Both the position numbers and the translations under genes were made by a program. From assembly GCA_965603825.1 (NCBI GenBank), contig CBFDEM010000040.1:776864-840863 (forward strand): a stretch of 64,000 bases of DNA. The letters run 5' to 3'. Under the pieces are notes generated by a model. That model was not told where the DNA came from and did no database searches. It worked only from the letters and a program-made list of their open reading frames with translations. This DNA comes from Blepharisma stoltei ATCC 30299 (lineage: Eukaryota; Protista; Ciliophora). Below, one piece after another: positions 13,620-26,336 of the stretch (the stretch's first letter is position 1; every line of letters starts with the position of its first letter).

Positions 13620-14247
13620 TAAATATTACACACTTATAAAAAATCTCACATTTGGATGCTGATGCTTACATATGTCTACAGCTTTCAAATATATGGCATT
13701 GGCTTTCACTAGCCACAGATATAAATTAGCCCAAAATTTTCTCATCTTTGGCAAAAAACTTGGCATTTATTATCAAAATTTATTACTAAGATATGCACTA
13801 AATGGGGCTATGCGCTTGCTATTGATTACAAAATAATTCCGTTTAACATTCCTAGAATCATAGATTAGATAAGCGTGCAAAAATAATTTTATCTAATTGA
13901 GATGATAATCCAGCTGCACATGCTACTACTATATAATCTACAAGATAATTGCTTAAGCTTGCCATATAAATATTCAAAGATATCTATATCAGACATAAGA
14001 TAAGATTTATTTATTTCAAATAATGCACTTAAGCAATGAATAAACCAGTAAGCAAGAATACTCAGAATTAATTTAAATAATTAAAATTGGCTTAATTGCC
14101 TTAGTTACTCTCTTCTTTATAGATAAATGATACTACCTTCTAGCTATTTCTCCAGTCTATCAAAGACTTGAGATAAATCTCAAAAAATACCTTCTAATAC
14201 TGGCTTTCTATGAATTAATTATAATTTAATGATTTTATCATTTATAT

Positions 14248-14719
14248 TTACCCCTGAGAAGTTACTTGATTTTCAGCTTCTTCATTAAATTTTTGGAATC
14301 GCCACACTATTTCATCTTCAGGTTTTACCTTAAATTCATCATTGCAAATTTTGTTTCAGTCAAGTTTGTTTCCTTTGACGTAAGGCACCCACATATTTCC
14401 GCTCATTGGATCTTTGAGATTTTCAACTTCAATTCCCAGGAGTCTTTGAACAACGTAATCAAATTTATCATTTTCTTTATCATAGATTGACATAAAATTC
14501 GCATCAATGCTATCGCCAGTATCCTTGTCAAACGAAATTATGTTCATAAGTGTTGGCAGTGGTATCTCATCAAATTCAGAAGTTACAGAAAAATCTAATG
14601 GCTCGTCATTCAAAGTTCTGTAAACTTTTATCGAATATTTCTTTTTGACCTAGATAAAAAGTCACGATGACAGCTTGAAACCCTGGAGTTGTCCTTGTAC
14701 TGCTTGCGCCACAGCCCAT
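14248..14719 (-). CDS. Small N-acylated protein (MGCGAS) with a DUF4430/transcobalamin beta-domain-like region, 151 aa
   Basis: ATG 14717-19, 16-nt intron 14650..14665, TGA 14356 read as Trp, TAA 14248-50. Pattern YVVQRLLGIEVEN..NMWVPYVKG..VKPEDEIVWRF. Confidence 0.65.
14650..14665 (-). other. 16-nt intron, GTG donor
   Basis: gtgactttttatctag; links the MGCGAS exon to ORF 14356..14613. Confidence 0.75.
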
Positions 14720-14905
14720 ATTTAATTTGTCTAACCGAACTTATATTGCTGACGAATTTATAATAAATTTTGTATTTCTACAGACTATCTGCAAGTAACT
14801 CAGAATATTAAACCTTCTTAATTAATTTTTATTGAGTAAAGCTATTTTTATACATATAAATCAGGATAAATTGCAAATGAAAAATGAAATTATGATTAAT
14901 TTGAC

Positions 14906-17131
14906 ATGCATGACCCAAGCTTCCCAAATTTAAATAAAAAAAGAGCTGCAGCCAGGTCAATTACTGCTACCAATAGAAGGAATTCAAAGAAATCGAACAG
15001 CATATTCCTCAATTTAAACGAAATTTCAGCAGAAATTGTAAACACTGACCCATCTATAGAGATGAGTCCAGTTGCGTTTTCAAGTTCTCCATATAAAAAA
15101 TATTCTGAATTATTTTGTAATTCAGAGCTTACCAGACTTGATAAGGATCTTGATAAGTTCGAAATTGATTTAGAAAGTTTTAAAGCAGCTGATATTAGGG
15201 ATTTTAAGCTGATCAGTCAAGTTTTTGAGAAATATCAGGAGTATATGGAAAATCTTGCAATTTGTGCTAAACAAAAAGATAATACGCTTGGAAATTGTAT
15301 TATAAGAGGAGTTATTGGTTATAAAAAAGCATATCATAATATCAAAAAACATTTAAAAAATATCGAGTCTTTTAAAAAATCAGAGAAGCATAACTCCAAA
15401 GAAGACTGAACCCAAACAGGAGCTTTACCGCTGAAAATAATCGAAAAAACAAATGGAGGAGAAACCCCTGACCTCAATTTTCTCAAAGAACTAGGCGAAA
15501 AACTGCAAAACCTCAAATTCACCACAATCACAAGCCAGCTGTGAGACCTCTATGACTCATTATGCCAAATGCATACTGATGTCCCAAGCCCCATAGAAAC
15601 CCCTGATTTTATGAAATTTGACGCCCAAGAAAAAGCTAAAGAGCTTGAAATCGGAGTTGCAAATTTAAAAAATGATTTAAAAATTAAATTTGAGAATGAA
15701 AGGATTAAAAAAGAAATTGAAGTCGCAGAAAAAGAATGCCAAGCTGATTATATTGGATTAGAGCATAGAAAAGGATCGATTTTAGAAGGTATGCTGGAGA
15801 AAAAAGAATTAGAATTTCTCAAAATTAAGCGCAAGCACGATTTTCTCCTTGAAGACAAAAAAAAGCTTGAAGAACAAATAAAGCTTAAAGACTCCAAAAT
15901 CCAAGAACTGACTGAAGCTCTCGGCCTTAATGAAATTGTTGTTCTAAAAGTAAAAATAACTGAAATTTCCAATGAATTGAGATCAGAAAAAATCATAAAT
16001 GAAATAGCCAAAGAAAAACTCGACAAAAATAAAATAGTCATAAGCAATTTAAAAAAAGAAAATGAGGGCTTAAAGATCAAACTTATAGGGAAGAGAAATA
16101 AAATTCAGCGAATAAAAGAGGATTATTTCCAAAAAAGTGTGCTATGGAGGATCGCTGAAGAAAAAAATAAGCAAATTGAAGATGCATGGTATCAACTTAA
16201 TGGGAAAAAATTCGTATATATTGGAATTGATAGCGATGAAATTATTAAAAAATATGGCCTTGAAAAAGCTAGGGAAAGCGATGAAGAAAGGATCGAAGGG
16301 TCAATTGTGAATTTTAATGAGAAAAAAGGAAGTAGAAATGGATCTTATTCTCATCAAAAGGCAATGACGAATAGGAGCAGAGGAAGATCGACTTATTTGG
16401 ATGAAAATTTAGAGGAAAATGATGATCCTAAAAGGATTAGAATGAGGCAGGCATCTAAAAATGAAAAATTGTCAAAAAATTATGAAAAAGATGATATGAA
16501 TAGAAGTTTGGACGAAAAAAATAGTTTGCTTCATGGCCATAGGACAGGAGATTGTGGGGAAATATCAAAAAAATTTTCAACTGAATTAGAGAGATTGAAT
16601 GAGCTTTTAGAAAAAGCGGAAAAAGCATTAGTAATTACACTAGATAAGGAGCAGATGATTTTATTTCAAAAATATAAAGATCTGCTGGGGTTAAAAGACA
16701 GTCATTACGATAGCTTCAGCGAAAACCTGAAAGCCATACTAATTCATGAATCACAGAATTTTGATAGCTTGCCTCATGTTGGCAAAAGTAAAAATCCTTC
16801 TACGTTAAAAAGCAAATTAAAGAAAACTTTTTTGACTTCTGAAAACCTAAATAAAACTTTGCCACATCCTCCCAAAATTAACTTAGAAGAAATTCTTGAA
16901 GAAGAGAAAGAAGGGAAAATTCCTTCTTGCTTAGTATCAATTTTTAATAATAATGCAGAATACCAAGCTCTTTCCCCCACCTCTAGAAAGTTAATAAACC
17001 AGTGCATGAAAGACCACGACTATAAAAAATGTGGCCCAGACTGTGAGCACTTAAAAAGAGCTATGGCAATAAAAATAAAAATTATTGGAAAATTGTATCC
17101 TTTAAAAAGGATGACCATTGATTTTGATTAG
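14906..17131 (+). CDS. Hypothetical long coiled-coil protein
   Basis: ORFs 14906..15409 and 15569..17131 are in one frame via TGA at 15407 and 15542. Confidence 0.8.
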
Positions 17132-17261
17132 GTCTATGCTATAAAATTATTATAATTCTTTATATATTTATAAGTCCCCGATACATGATAATATTTATAA
17201 ATAATATATTGAATCACCCTATATTAATTTCTTTAATTTATTGTTGCGAAAATTCGCAAAC

Positions 17262-17840
17262 ATGATAACCATTTTAAAAAAGCAAGAAATGATGTCAATT
17301 TGTGGTATCAAGAGAGCTATCCATTCTTTTGACCAAAAATTCTGTAGCATAGTCAACAGGCATACACAAGCCTGGGGAGTATTTCAATACATCATGGCTC
17401 TCTTTGCTAGTGCCTTCAACAATAAGCAGGCATTACTTCTATGGGGTTGTGTACTTTGGTATTTGCCTTTAAACCCAGCATCAATTTTTGCTTGCGTGGG
17501 ATTACCTGCTCTGACCCTCATTCTTACCTTGATTTCCAAAAAAGTTATTTCAAGGCCTAGGCCAGAAGCCTGCTCGAAGAGAACAGAAATCCTAAAATAC
17601 AATCTGAGAGGAATAGAAAAAAACCATTCAATGCCATCTGGAGACTCTGCACAAGCTGCTTTATTCTGGAGCTTCTTACACCTTAACTTTGAATTTCCAT
17701 TGTGGGTTTGCTTTATTATGACGGTCTCAACTATGTTTTCGAGAATTTACTATATGTGCCATTTCCCTTCAGATACAATAATTGGGGCAATTCTTGGGAC
17801 TTCGCTGGCTATAATATATACTAATCATATAATGATTTAA
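17262..17840 (+). CDS. PAP2-family membrane phosphatase
   Basis: PAP2 motifs KKVISRPRP, SMPSGDS, SRIYYMCHFPSD. Confidence 0.88.
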   Translation: MITILKKQEMMSICGIKRAIHSFDQKFCSIVNRHTQAWGVFQYIMALFASAFNNKQALLLWGCVLWYLPLNPASIFACVGLPALTLILTLISKKVISRPRPEACSKRTEILKYNLRGIEKNHSMPSGDSAQAALFWSFLHLNFEFPLWVCFIMTVSTMFSRIYYMCHFPSDTIIGAILGTSLAIIYTNHIMI

Positions 17841-17957
17841 GAAAATACCATTATTTGATAATTATTAGCCAATTAATACAATACTTGCATTTAAGATTGC
17901 TGGAAGAATCAATTATTTCTCAAACTTCCAATTGAATCAATTTGTATTAAATTAATT

Positions 17958-19040
17958 TTACTTGACTCTTGTGCACACCATTTCACTTAAACTTTCTAAA
18001 CTCTCTTTTACTTCTGAATTGGGCAGAAGTTCTTTCAAAGGGCCCCAAGCTTCATCTTTCAGTCTAATCGCCATATTTTTGGCATAATCAATTGCATCGG
18101 TGCTGTTTATTATATCAAGCGCCTCATTAACTAATCCTATATCATTTGTATGCATAGCTAAAATCTCATTAAGCCTTTCAGCTTTATTCTTAGACTGCGA
18201 AATAGCTCTTATTATTATCAGCGTTTTTTTGCCTTCTGTAATATCTTCACCCAAAAAATTTCTCCCTTCTTTATATACTGGGCTTACAAGATTTAGTATA
18301 TCATCCATAATTTGAAAAGAAACGCCTATTTTTTCAGCATAATGTATAAGTGCGCTAGAAACTGCATCATCGTGGCCGAAATAGCTTAATGCAAATTTCA
18401 CTGACATTCGGACGAGGACTGAGGTTTTATTGAAAACCATACGATAATATTGTTCTTCTGAAGGAATATAAAATTTATTATTATTTCATGATATATCAGT
18501 GCATTGTCCTAGATGCAGCTGAAGCATTTCTTCACTATAAGTTTTCAGGATTTTTTCTTTACGTGTAATATCAATTGCCAGATCATGAATTATCCTTAGA
18601 GGAAGAAAATACATAAAATTCCCACAGTTAAGTGCAATGTCAAGTCCATATATTTTATAAGTACTCGGGAGCCCTCGTCTTTTTTCGCTTTTGTCTTCAA
18701 TGTCATCACATATTAATGAAGCATTATGTATAACTTCAATAGAATGTGCCAGCGGTAAAATTTCTCTAGGATCATGCTGGAAAATGTCAGCAGTTAAAAG
18801 ACATAAAGACCCTCTCCACATTTTTCCCCTTCTATCAAGGATATTATATGAAGGCTCACATATGCTTTTTGAGATGCTGGTGATATCATAATCATTTGAA
18901 GGGAAATCAATCAGTTTTGATAATTGAGAATGGTGATTTAGGGTTCGAGGCAAGTACGCTTCTAAGAAATCAGAGCTGCTGAGCATATCTGTGTACTTTT
19001 TGAGAGCTGAGGAATAGAAGCGCTTGATATGATTAAACAT
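17958..19040 (-). CDS. Trans-polyprenyl diphosphate synthase (GGPPS-like), 360 aa, possible mitochondrial presequence
   Basis: FARM LICDDIEDKSEKRRG, GQCTDIS-W(TGA 18486), SARM FQIMDDILN, GEDITEGK; N-terminus MFNHIKRFYSS. Confidence 0.9.
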
Positions 19041-19186
19041 TTTTATATTGCGATGTATAAATATAATAGAAAAATAAGATGATATTGGTTTGGATTTTTA
19101 TTTATATAAGAAATGAGCATAATTAATTTATTTTTCTATTTAAATATATTCAAGTTTTATAAATAATTCTAAGACATTTATAAACA

Positions 19187-19657
19187 ATGTCTCAAACTGT
19201 AAAGCATTCCCATATAAAAAACTACTACAAGATCAAACCAAGGATGCAGCTTTGTTTTACTCCTTCAAATAATAGAGCGGTGGTTTCTAGTGCATCAAAT
19301 CAATCAAATGCAATCAACACTGAGAGTCACCAAACAATCTCTTCTTTTGCAAAACTTGCAAAAAATGAAAATACGATGATTTTTGAGCGAAATGAAGACG
19401 TTATGAAAAGAATTTATTTAAATCATAAAATACACAAAAAACCATTGGAGTTACTACCTAAAAAAATAAATTATAGGCTATTGACCATAGAGAAGCCACT
19501 TTTAAATCGAACAAAAATTCAAGATACCTTTGACTTGAATTTATCACAAAAAAATGAATTAAAAAAGAGATGCAGGTCGACTTCCCAAGAAAAAAGAAAT
19601 TCTTTGAAGTACAGTTTGCTGACGCCTTTGAGAAAGAATAGACTAGAAGTTTTGTAA
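19187..19657 (+). CDS. Hypothetical basic protein
   Basis: 156-aa ATG..TAA ORF between AT-rich spacers; no recognised motif. Confidence 0.55.
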   Translation: MSQTVKHSHIKNYYKIKPRMQLCFTPSNNRAVVSSASNQSNAINTESHQTISSFAKLAKNENTMIFERNEDVMKRIYLNHKIHKKPLELLPKKINYRLLTIEKPLLNRTKIQDTFDLNLSQKNELKKRCRSTSQEKRNSLKYSLLTPLRKNRLEVL

Positions 19658-19844
19658 CTTTAATTTTTATCAATTTTAATTGAAAAATCGTCGTTATTTT
19701 AATTTATTGTTAATTTATTCTATTTAGTTCTAATTTCTTATCCAGAAAAATTTTCAACAAATTCTTGTAGATGGAAAAATATGATAATATTAGTAAGAAT
19801 TATTCTATAATTTAGCCTTGTGTAAAATATTATAGGTATATATA

Positions 19845-20969
19845 TTACAGCTCTTTTTTATTTTCTATAATTTCACACTTTTCTAATTCTTGGAGCTTCA
19901 AAAACTCTTTTGCTGGGGTCTTAGCAATATGTAAGAAATTAATAATAACAGGCGTCAAGTAGCAGTGTATTACCCCGCAGCAATAATGAAGAGTGCATAT
20001 CAATAAAATTCTTCAAAAATCGTCTGTGAATTTTATTATCAAAATATCAGAAACCTTCATTGTACCCATGATGCCGACGTTGAAAAACATTGACAAAAAA
20101 ACTAACCCATAACTAAATTTCGGTTTTTCCTTTTCTTTAAGTATAAAAAGTCCCATAATCATCCCAGCTACTAAACACACCAAAGCTGCATCTGTAAAAT
20201 TTTCATATACAGCATCATTAACAGTTAGCTCATTTCCACATTGGACTTGAAAATTAATAGACCATGAATCATTTCATTTACTTTTCCTATAAAATGCTGT
20301 TATAATTGACGCTGCTATAAACCCAATCATTATTATATGACTCTTTATTACTACTGATATATCATTTGGTATCTTATATATTCAAGCATAAACTTTTGGA
20401 TGTAAGACAATACTAGCCACTAATCCAGCAAAAATATACCCTAAAATCACTTGAAAATAAAAATGAGCACCAAGAAAAATTCGATCAATTGCAGTAATCA
20501 TTAACCCGCACAGCATTATCATCACTTTTTTTGAATTTTGATTTCCTGACCTGAGCCACATTATTCCCAGTACCAATAATCCAGCTCCTGCAGATAAAGC
20601 ATGCGCAGAAGGCGTCCCAAAATCTTCAGGGCATTGGATTCCTTTTATTTCTGAATATTTCCAAAATGGTCTTGGGTGGCCGAACAAAATTTTAAGAAAT
20701 CCTGACAGTGCAACCCCGAAAAGGGACGCAATAAGTCCTATTAAGCCAGTTTCCCTATTCCCTATCAGATAAAGAGTCCCAGCTATCACAATGCAGCAAA
20801 CGCTAGTAATCTCTCCTATAATTTCAAAAAAAATATCAAAAATCGGGTTTCTAAAGGACTGCATCCATATTGTTAAATCCCTGCTTGACTCTTCCAGCCT
20901 CTCTTGTTCATAAATTTGCAAAAAAGTCAGAAAAACCGCTATAAGACTTATAAGGAAAACGCAGCCCAT
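19845..20969 (-). CDS. PAP2/glucose-6-phosphatase-like multi-TM phosphatase
   Basis: KILFGHPRPFW, GTPSAHA, DRIFLGAHF. Extends through three TGA codons to TAA 19845-47. Confidence 0.85.
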
Positions 20970-20998
20970 TTCTGCAACTAAATAATTTTACCTTAAAA

Positions 20999-21790
20999 AT
21001 GCAGCAGCATTTTTTCCATTTCGGGACTGGAGATCCTATAATCTGACTGCATGGGTTTCTAGGAAATGGGCTGAATATAAGTGGGCTGGCAAGAGGAATT
21101 CATGGGAGTCATTATTTATTGGACGCAAGAAATCATGGGAGATCTTTTCATTCTTTAGGGATGGGTTATGATTTACTGGCAAAAGATTTGTTTGAGTTTA
21201 TGGATTTGCATGAGATTAAATATGCGTCAATTGTAGGGTATTCTATGGGAGCTAAAACAGCGATATACGCAAGTGGGCTGCAGCCATGAAGATTTAATAA
21301 AGTAGTCGTAATTGATGCTGCTCCTGTAGATTACACAAATATTCTTACCAGTCACTATGAAAATCTGTATTCTTATTTGTATTTTATGAAAGACTTGAAA
21401 TTAGAAGGCAAGCATAGAAAAGAATACGAAGAAGAAATTGACAAAAAATTCAAAAATCCTATCATCACAAGCTTAATTTCGTCTAATTTGAGGATGAATG
21501 GGGCAAATAGCTTTGAGTGAAGAGTAAATGTGGACTATTTAATTGAAGGACTCAAAGAAATACCAAAATGAGAGGAAAATGACAGAAGCTTTGATGGCCC
21601 AGCTATGGCTATTGTTGGGGAAAAATCAAGGCACACATGTGAGTTCCCTGGAATTGATGTGAAAGATTTGTATTCTAAATATTTGCCTGAGTTGCAAATA
21701 GAAGTGATTTTAGGGACTGGGCATTACTTGTATATAGAAAAAAGCAAAGAAGTTCAAGAAGCATTGAGTGATTTTCTCAGTAAATTCTAA
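20999..21790 (+). CDS. Alpha/beta hydrolase (ABHD11/YbfF-like esterase)
   Basis: PII-W-LHGFLG, LLDARNHGRS, nucleophile motif GYSMG, GHYLY. Four in-frame TGA (21044, 21287, 21518, 21569) and no TAA/TAG until 21788-90. Confidence 0.9.
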
Positions 21791-21946
21791 TGAAGGCATT
21801 CCTAGGAAAAAATAAACATAACAAATTTTATCAATATAAAAACTAGCACTAAATAATTAATATGTTAGATTTTATTTATTCAAATTCTATAATTAAAAGA
21901 ATATTGATTTATTCAACTTTTAATAAACTATTTGCAACCAAAAGAC

Positions 21947-22375
21947 ATGAGCAAGTTCAGGAAGCCGATTTTTACCACAAATCTAGATCCTTATGACGCT
22001 GTCGTTCCGAAGCGTCCACAAACTACTCAGTCAAAGCAGAGAAAACACCATAGCAATTTCCAAAAAATCAAAATTCCACCTTTGAAGCTAAAAACAAGTG
22101 AATTTTGATATCCTCAGAATAAAACTAAAGACGAAATTTCTCCTACATCATTATTCGAAATTAATGGATTCGTGCTACCGATTTTGAGTATGAAAACAAA
22201 TTCTAAGGAAAATCATAAAAAGTTGCAAAAATCAAGGCCTTTCTCATCAGCACAAATAACAAGCCCGGCTCGAAAGTCAATGGAAAGGATTTGGAAAGCC
22301 TCACTTCAATCTAACAAATCCTACTTTAGGATGAAAAATAGAATTGATTCCGAAGGGTGCTTAATGGAAAAATAA
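21947..22375 (+). CDS. Hypothetical basic protein
   Basis: ATG 21947 is in frame with ORF 22172..22375 via one TGA. Confidence 0.55.
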
Positions 22376-22850
22376 ATTTGAGAATAACACTGCGATGAAT
22401 TCAATTGAATAGAATAAATAATTAATATCAATATAAAACTCCAAAATATCTTAAACTGGGAACTAAAAATTTTTGATGACAATACAAAATTTTGCAGAGT
22501 AAAAAATGGATAATGTTACACAACGTTTGCTAATATATCAATTATACGTCTATCAAATAAAATAAATACAGAAAATGAGCAATCACTACTATGCATTAAT
22601 ATGAGAATGATTTTTCAAACTCCAAAAAATAGAAGAAAAGCATACAAAAGGAGAATAAGCTTATTTTTTCTAATTGTGCAAATCAATTATTCACAGTTTA
22701 TTTTTTTAATCAAAAGCATCTATATTTAATAGAAATCTTGAAAATAATTTATTATCTAAGATTTAGCTTAAATTTTTTCATGTCTGGATTATCTATCACG
22801 TCATTATTTTACTTGCAAAATCTACCATAATTTCCATAAAAATAACTTCA

Positions 22851-24320
22851 ATGAAAGATTTAGAGAACTCTTCCAACAAACCAAAATCTTCCTTTGGAGC
22901 AATAACTGGCTTTTTATTTACTGTTAGTGTAGTAGTGGGAGCAGGAATTCTCAGTCTTCCCTATTCCTTCCGCATGAGTGGGTGACTTCTCTCAGGTCTC
23001 TATACAATATTTTGCTGCTTACTCTGCTACTACTGAGGCAGGCAGCTGGTAGAAGTCATGAGCCGCTGTGAAGCCCTGATTCAGCTGCGTGACAACAACC
23101 ATAATCTCTCAAGACCTTCATTCCAATCAGTTATTTTTGGATCAAAGTCTAAAAATGAGCTGGAGTCTCGGTTAATTTCACATGAAGAGTACCCTCCTGT
23201 TATAACAGACCGCAGAGTCGACCTATGTGAGATGATCAATATTTTATTTGGAAATTTTTGGAAAAGCGCTTATATGTTTATTTTTTGGGTTTTAGGAATT
23301 TTAAGCTTGGTAAGCTATGCAGTAATCTTTGCAAGCTCGCTGACGTCAAATCTTGATATTGGATTGATGGATCCATGCAATATTTATGAGTCAGTTGGGT
23401 TTTTTAATGATTGCAGAAGCTCCTATTGGATTTATTTAGTAGTTTTTTCAGTAATTGTGACTTATCTTACAATTATAGGTATGAGAGAGTCAAAATACAT
23501 ACAAAACGCTATGATTTGTGGAACGCTATTTAATTTATTATTATCCACAATTTTAGCTATAATTAGTCTTATTGTAGGAAAAGACATAAGCAGCGATGAA
23601 CCTTCTAGGCCTGAAGATTTTAAAGTTGCTGACTATATGAATGTAGGTGTTAGCTTCCCTATAATTTTATTTGCTGCGATTTATCACGCATTCTTGCCAA
23701 GTATTTTAGAAAATGTTGAAAAAAAGCCAAAAAGTATCCAAAATATTTTAACAAGGGTCCTGGTGGCCTCACTTATCATCTATATGATGGTAGGCCTTAT
23801 TATGCCTGCTGCAATTCCTGACGTAAAAGGCTTTTTTAACATAGATTTCAGAGAATATTCAGCTGGGTACTCCCAAAGCGAGAGACCATGGTGGACTTAT
23901 CCTATAGCATACTTTATTGTCTTATACCCTTCTATAGGAATTTTATCGAATTTCCCATTATTAGCTATTGCAGTTTCTCACAACTTAACCACCTATTTTT
24001 ATGGAGTTGTCGAGCATAAATCAGCCAGGCTAGGGGATTATGCAATAAAGCTCTCCACAGTGTTTTTACCAATTGCTATTGCATTTTATGAATACGACTT
24101 AGTAATTTTTACATAGGGAAATGTCACATCTTTTGCAGGGCTTTTCGGAATTTTAATGATCCCAGTCGCTATCCCACTTATGCATTTGGCAGCTCGTGAA
24201 ATGCTCCCAGGAAAGTCCATTTACGATTTCAAGTTTGCGACGCGGCCACTTTCATTATTTATCATAGCTTTCCATATAGTGATTTTGGTATTTCAGATAT
24301 ATAAATATATCTTCCCATAA
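22851..24320 (+). CDS. Amino-acid transporter (Aa_trans/SLC38, TMEM104-like)
   Basis: VVVGAGILSLPYSFRMSG-W in TM1 and many TM helices; two TGA codons; 15-nt intron 24102..24116; TAA 24318-20. Confidence 0.88.
24102..24116 (+). other. 15-nt intron
   Basis: gtaatttttacatag; removal extends the ORF by two more TM segments. Confidence 0.85.
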
Positions 24321-24375
24321 GTTATTTAAGTTTCACTTATTTAACTACTGGTAAATAAGGATTTATCAATATAAA

Positions 24376-26204
24376 TTATGAACCATTTTTCACCATATTA
24401 GAAAACTCTTCGCCTGTTAAGGTTTCTTTTTCAACTAAAACGCTGGCAATTCTCTGAATCAAGTCTTTCTGGGTCCGAAGCTTCTCGAGAACTCTTTTGT
24501 AGCTGTCGTCGAGGATTTCTTTGACTACATTGTCGATCATGTCTCTTTGCTTGAGCCCTTCGCTTCGGCCTCCTCATTGGTTTCTTAATGCGTTAGTGTC
24601 GACGAGGCCTGTTTTTTCGTTGAAAAGTCCTCCTCTTACGTGATAGTAAGCAATCTGTGTAGAATTTGATAAGTCGCTGGAGCAGCCTTCAGTCATTCTT
24701 TGCTTCCCGAAGAATAATTCTTCAGCTGCTCTTCCACCCATTGCGACGTCAATTTGTGCGAGGATTTTGTTTCGGCTTTCCATAAAGGTATCTTTTTTAG
24801 GCAGCTGCATGGTAACACCTAGTGCATGGCCTCTGGGGAGTATTGTAATTTTATGAAGAGGCTCAGCTCCTTCTGACAAAACAGCTACCAGTGCATGTCC
24901 TACTTCATGTAGCGCTGTATTCATTTTTTCTTCAGGTGTAAGCACCATCGTCTTTCTTTCCACTCCCATCAGAATCCTGTCTCTTGCTACATCTACATCA
25001 TGGGCTGAGCAGATTTTTCTCCCTTCCTTAATTGCATTCAGCATCGCTAAATTCACCAAATTCGCTAAATCAGCCCCCGTCATCCCTGCAGTTCCTCTTG
25101 CAATAATGCTTTTATCCACACTTTTATCGTAAAACACTTTTGCCAAATATAGTTCTAATATTTCTTCTCTTCCTTTTATATCAGGCAATGGAACATCAAT
25201 TACTTTATCAAACCTCCCAGCCCTTTTTAAAGCATCGTCTAGCTCTCCAGGCAGGTTTGTGGCAGCTATAACTAAGATGTTTTGATTCGGGTCAAAACCA
25301 TCCATTTCTACTAGTAGCTGATTCAAGCTTTGTCTGTTGTAGTTCTGGCTTCTGTTTCGGCGGCTTGAAGCTAGCGCGTCAATTTCATCGATAAAAACTA
25401 TGCAAGGAGCATTTTTTTTAGCTGTTGCAAATAATTCACGAACCCTTTTAGCGCCGAGGCCAACAAAGACTTCTTCAAAATCTGAGCCTGAGGAGTAAAA
25501 AAATTTTACCCCTGCTTCTCCAGCTATAGCTTTTGCTAGAAGAGTTTTCCCAACACCTGGCTTCCCTGTTAAAAGTAAGCCCTTAGGCATTTTTGCACCG
25601 ATTTTTTCGTATTTTTCCATATGTTTAAGGTAGTGTACGATTTCTTCTAGCTCAGCTCGGCACTCATCAATCCCTTTTACATCGTTAAAAGTATAAGGGC
25701 TGTTTTCTGCAATAATTATATGTGATTTTGCCTCAAAAATGTTAACTCCAGGATTTCCGTAAAATAAATAAATAAAGGAGCCTATGACAAGTAGCGTCAG
25801 GCCGTTACTGAACGTGAAGAGGTTCGACCATTTGGATTTTTCCCATATTTCAACGTTTTTGACTAGAAGAGGGTTTTCTTCTGTGCCGACTGCGTAGGCG
25901 CTTCTATCTCTTTCTTTTTTTGCTTCTTCTTCGCGCCAATCAGAGTCATATTCTGCATTTTCTTTGGCTTTTTTAGGCTGAGCGCTTTTTTCTGGAGGTT
26001 TATGGGAATCTATGAGATTTAATACAGACTTGGCATGGAGATATTGATTTCTTATGCTAGGGTCATCTTTGAGTTTTCCAGGCAAATCTTCATAGAGTTT
26101 GATGGTTTCTTCAAATCGCAACTCTCTATTAAGTTTCTCTAAATAAGGCATACTCTCAAAGTCTGTCAGTCAGTTCTCAGGAATCTCTGCACAAGTCTAA
26201 GCAT
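24376..26204 (-). CDS. YME1: Mitochondrial i-AAA protease YME1/FtsH (5' end uncertain)
   Basis: [10 protein letters not shown], Walker A GKPGVGKT, Walker [14 protein letters not shown] Zn site. TGA 24574 read through to TAA 24376-78. Confidence 0.9.
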
Positions 26205-26336
26205 TTATAACCATATTTTAAATTTAGTTCTAAGAAAAGCTCAGCCGATTGCATAGGCAATTATTTGGGACTGCTAAGGAATATTAATAAATGATTGTGA
26301 ATTTTAAAGTTTAGATTTTTATTAATTTTTTAGAAA

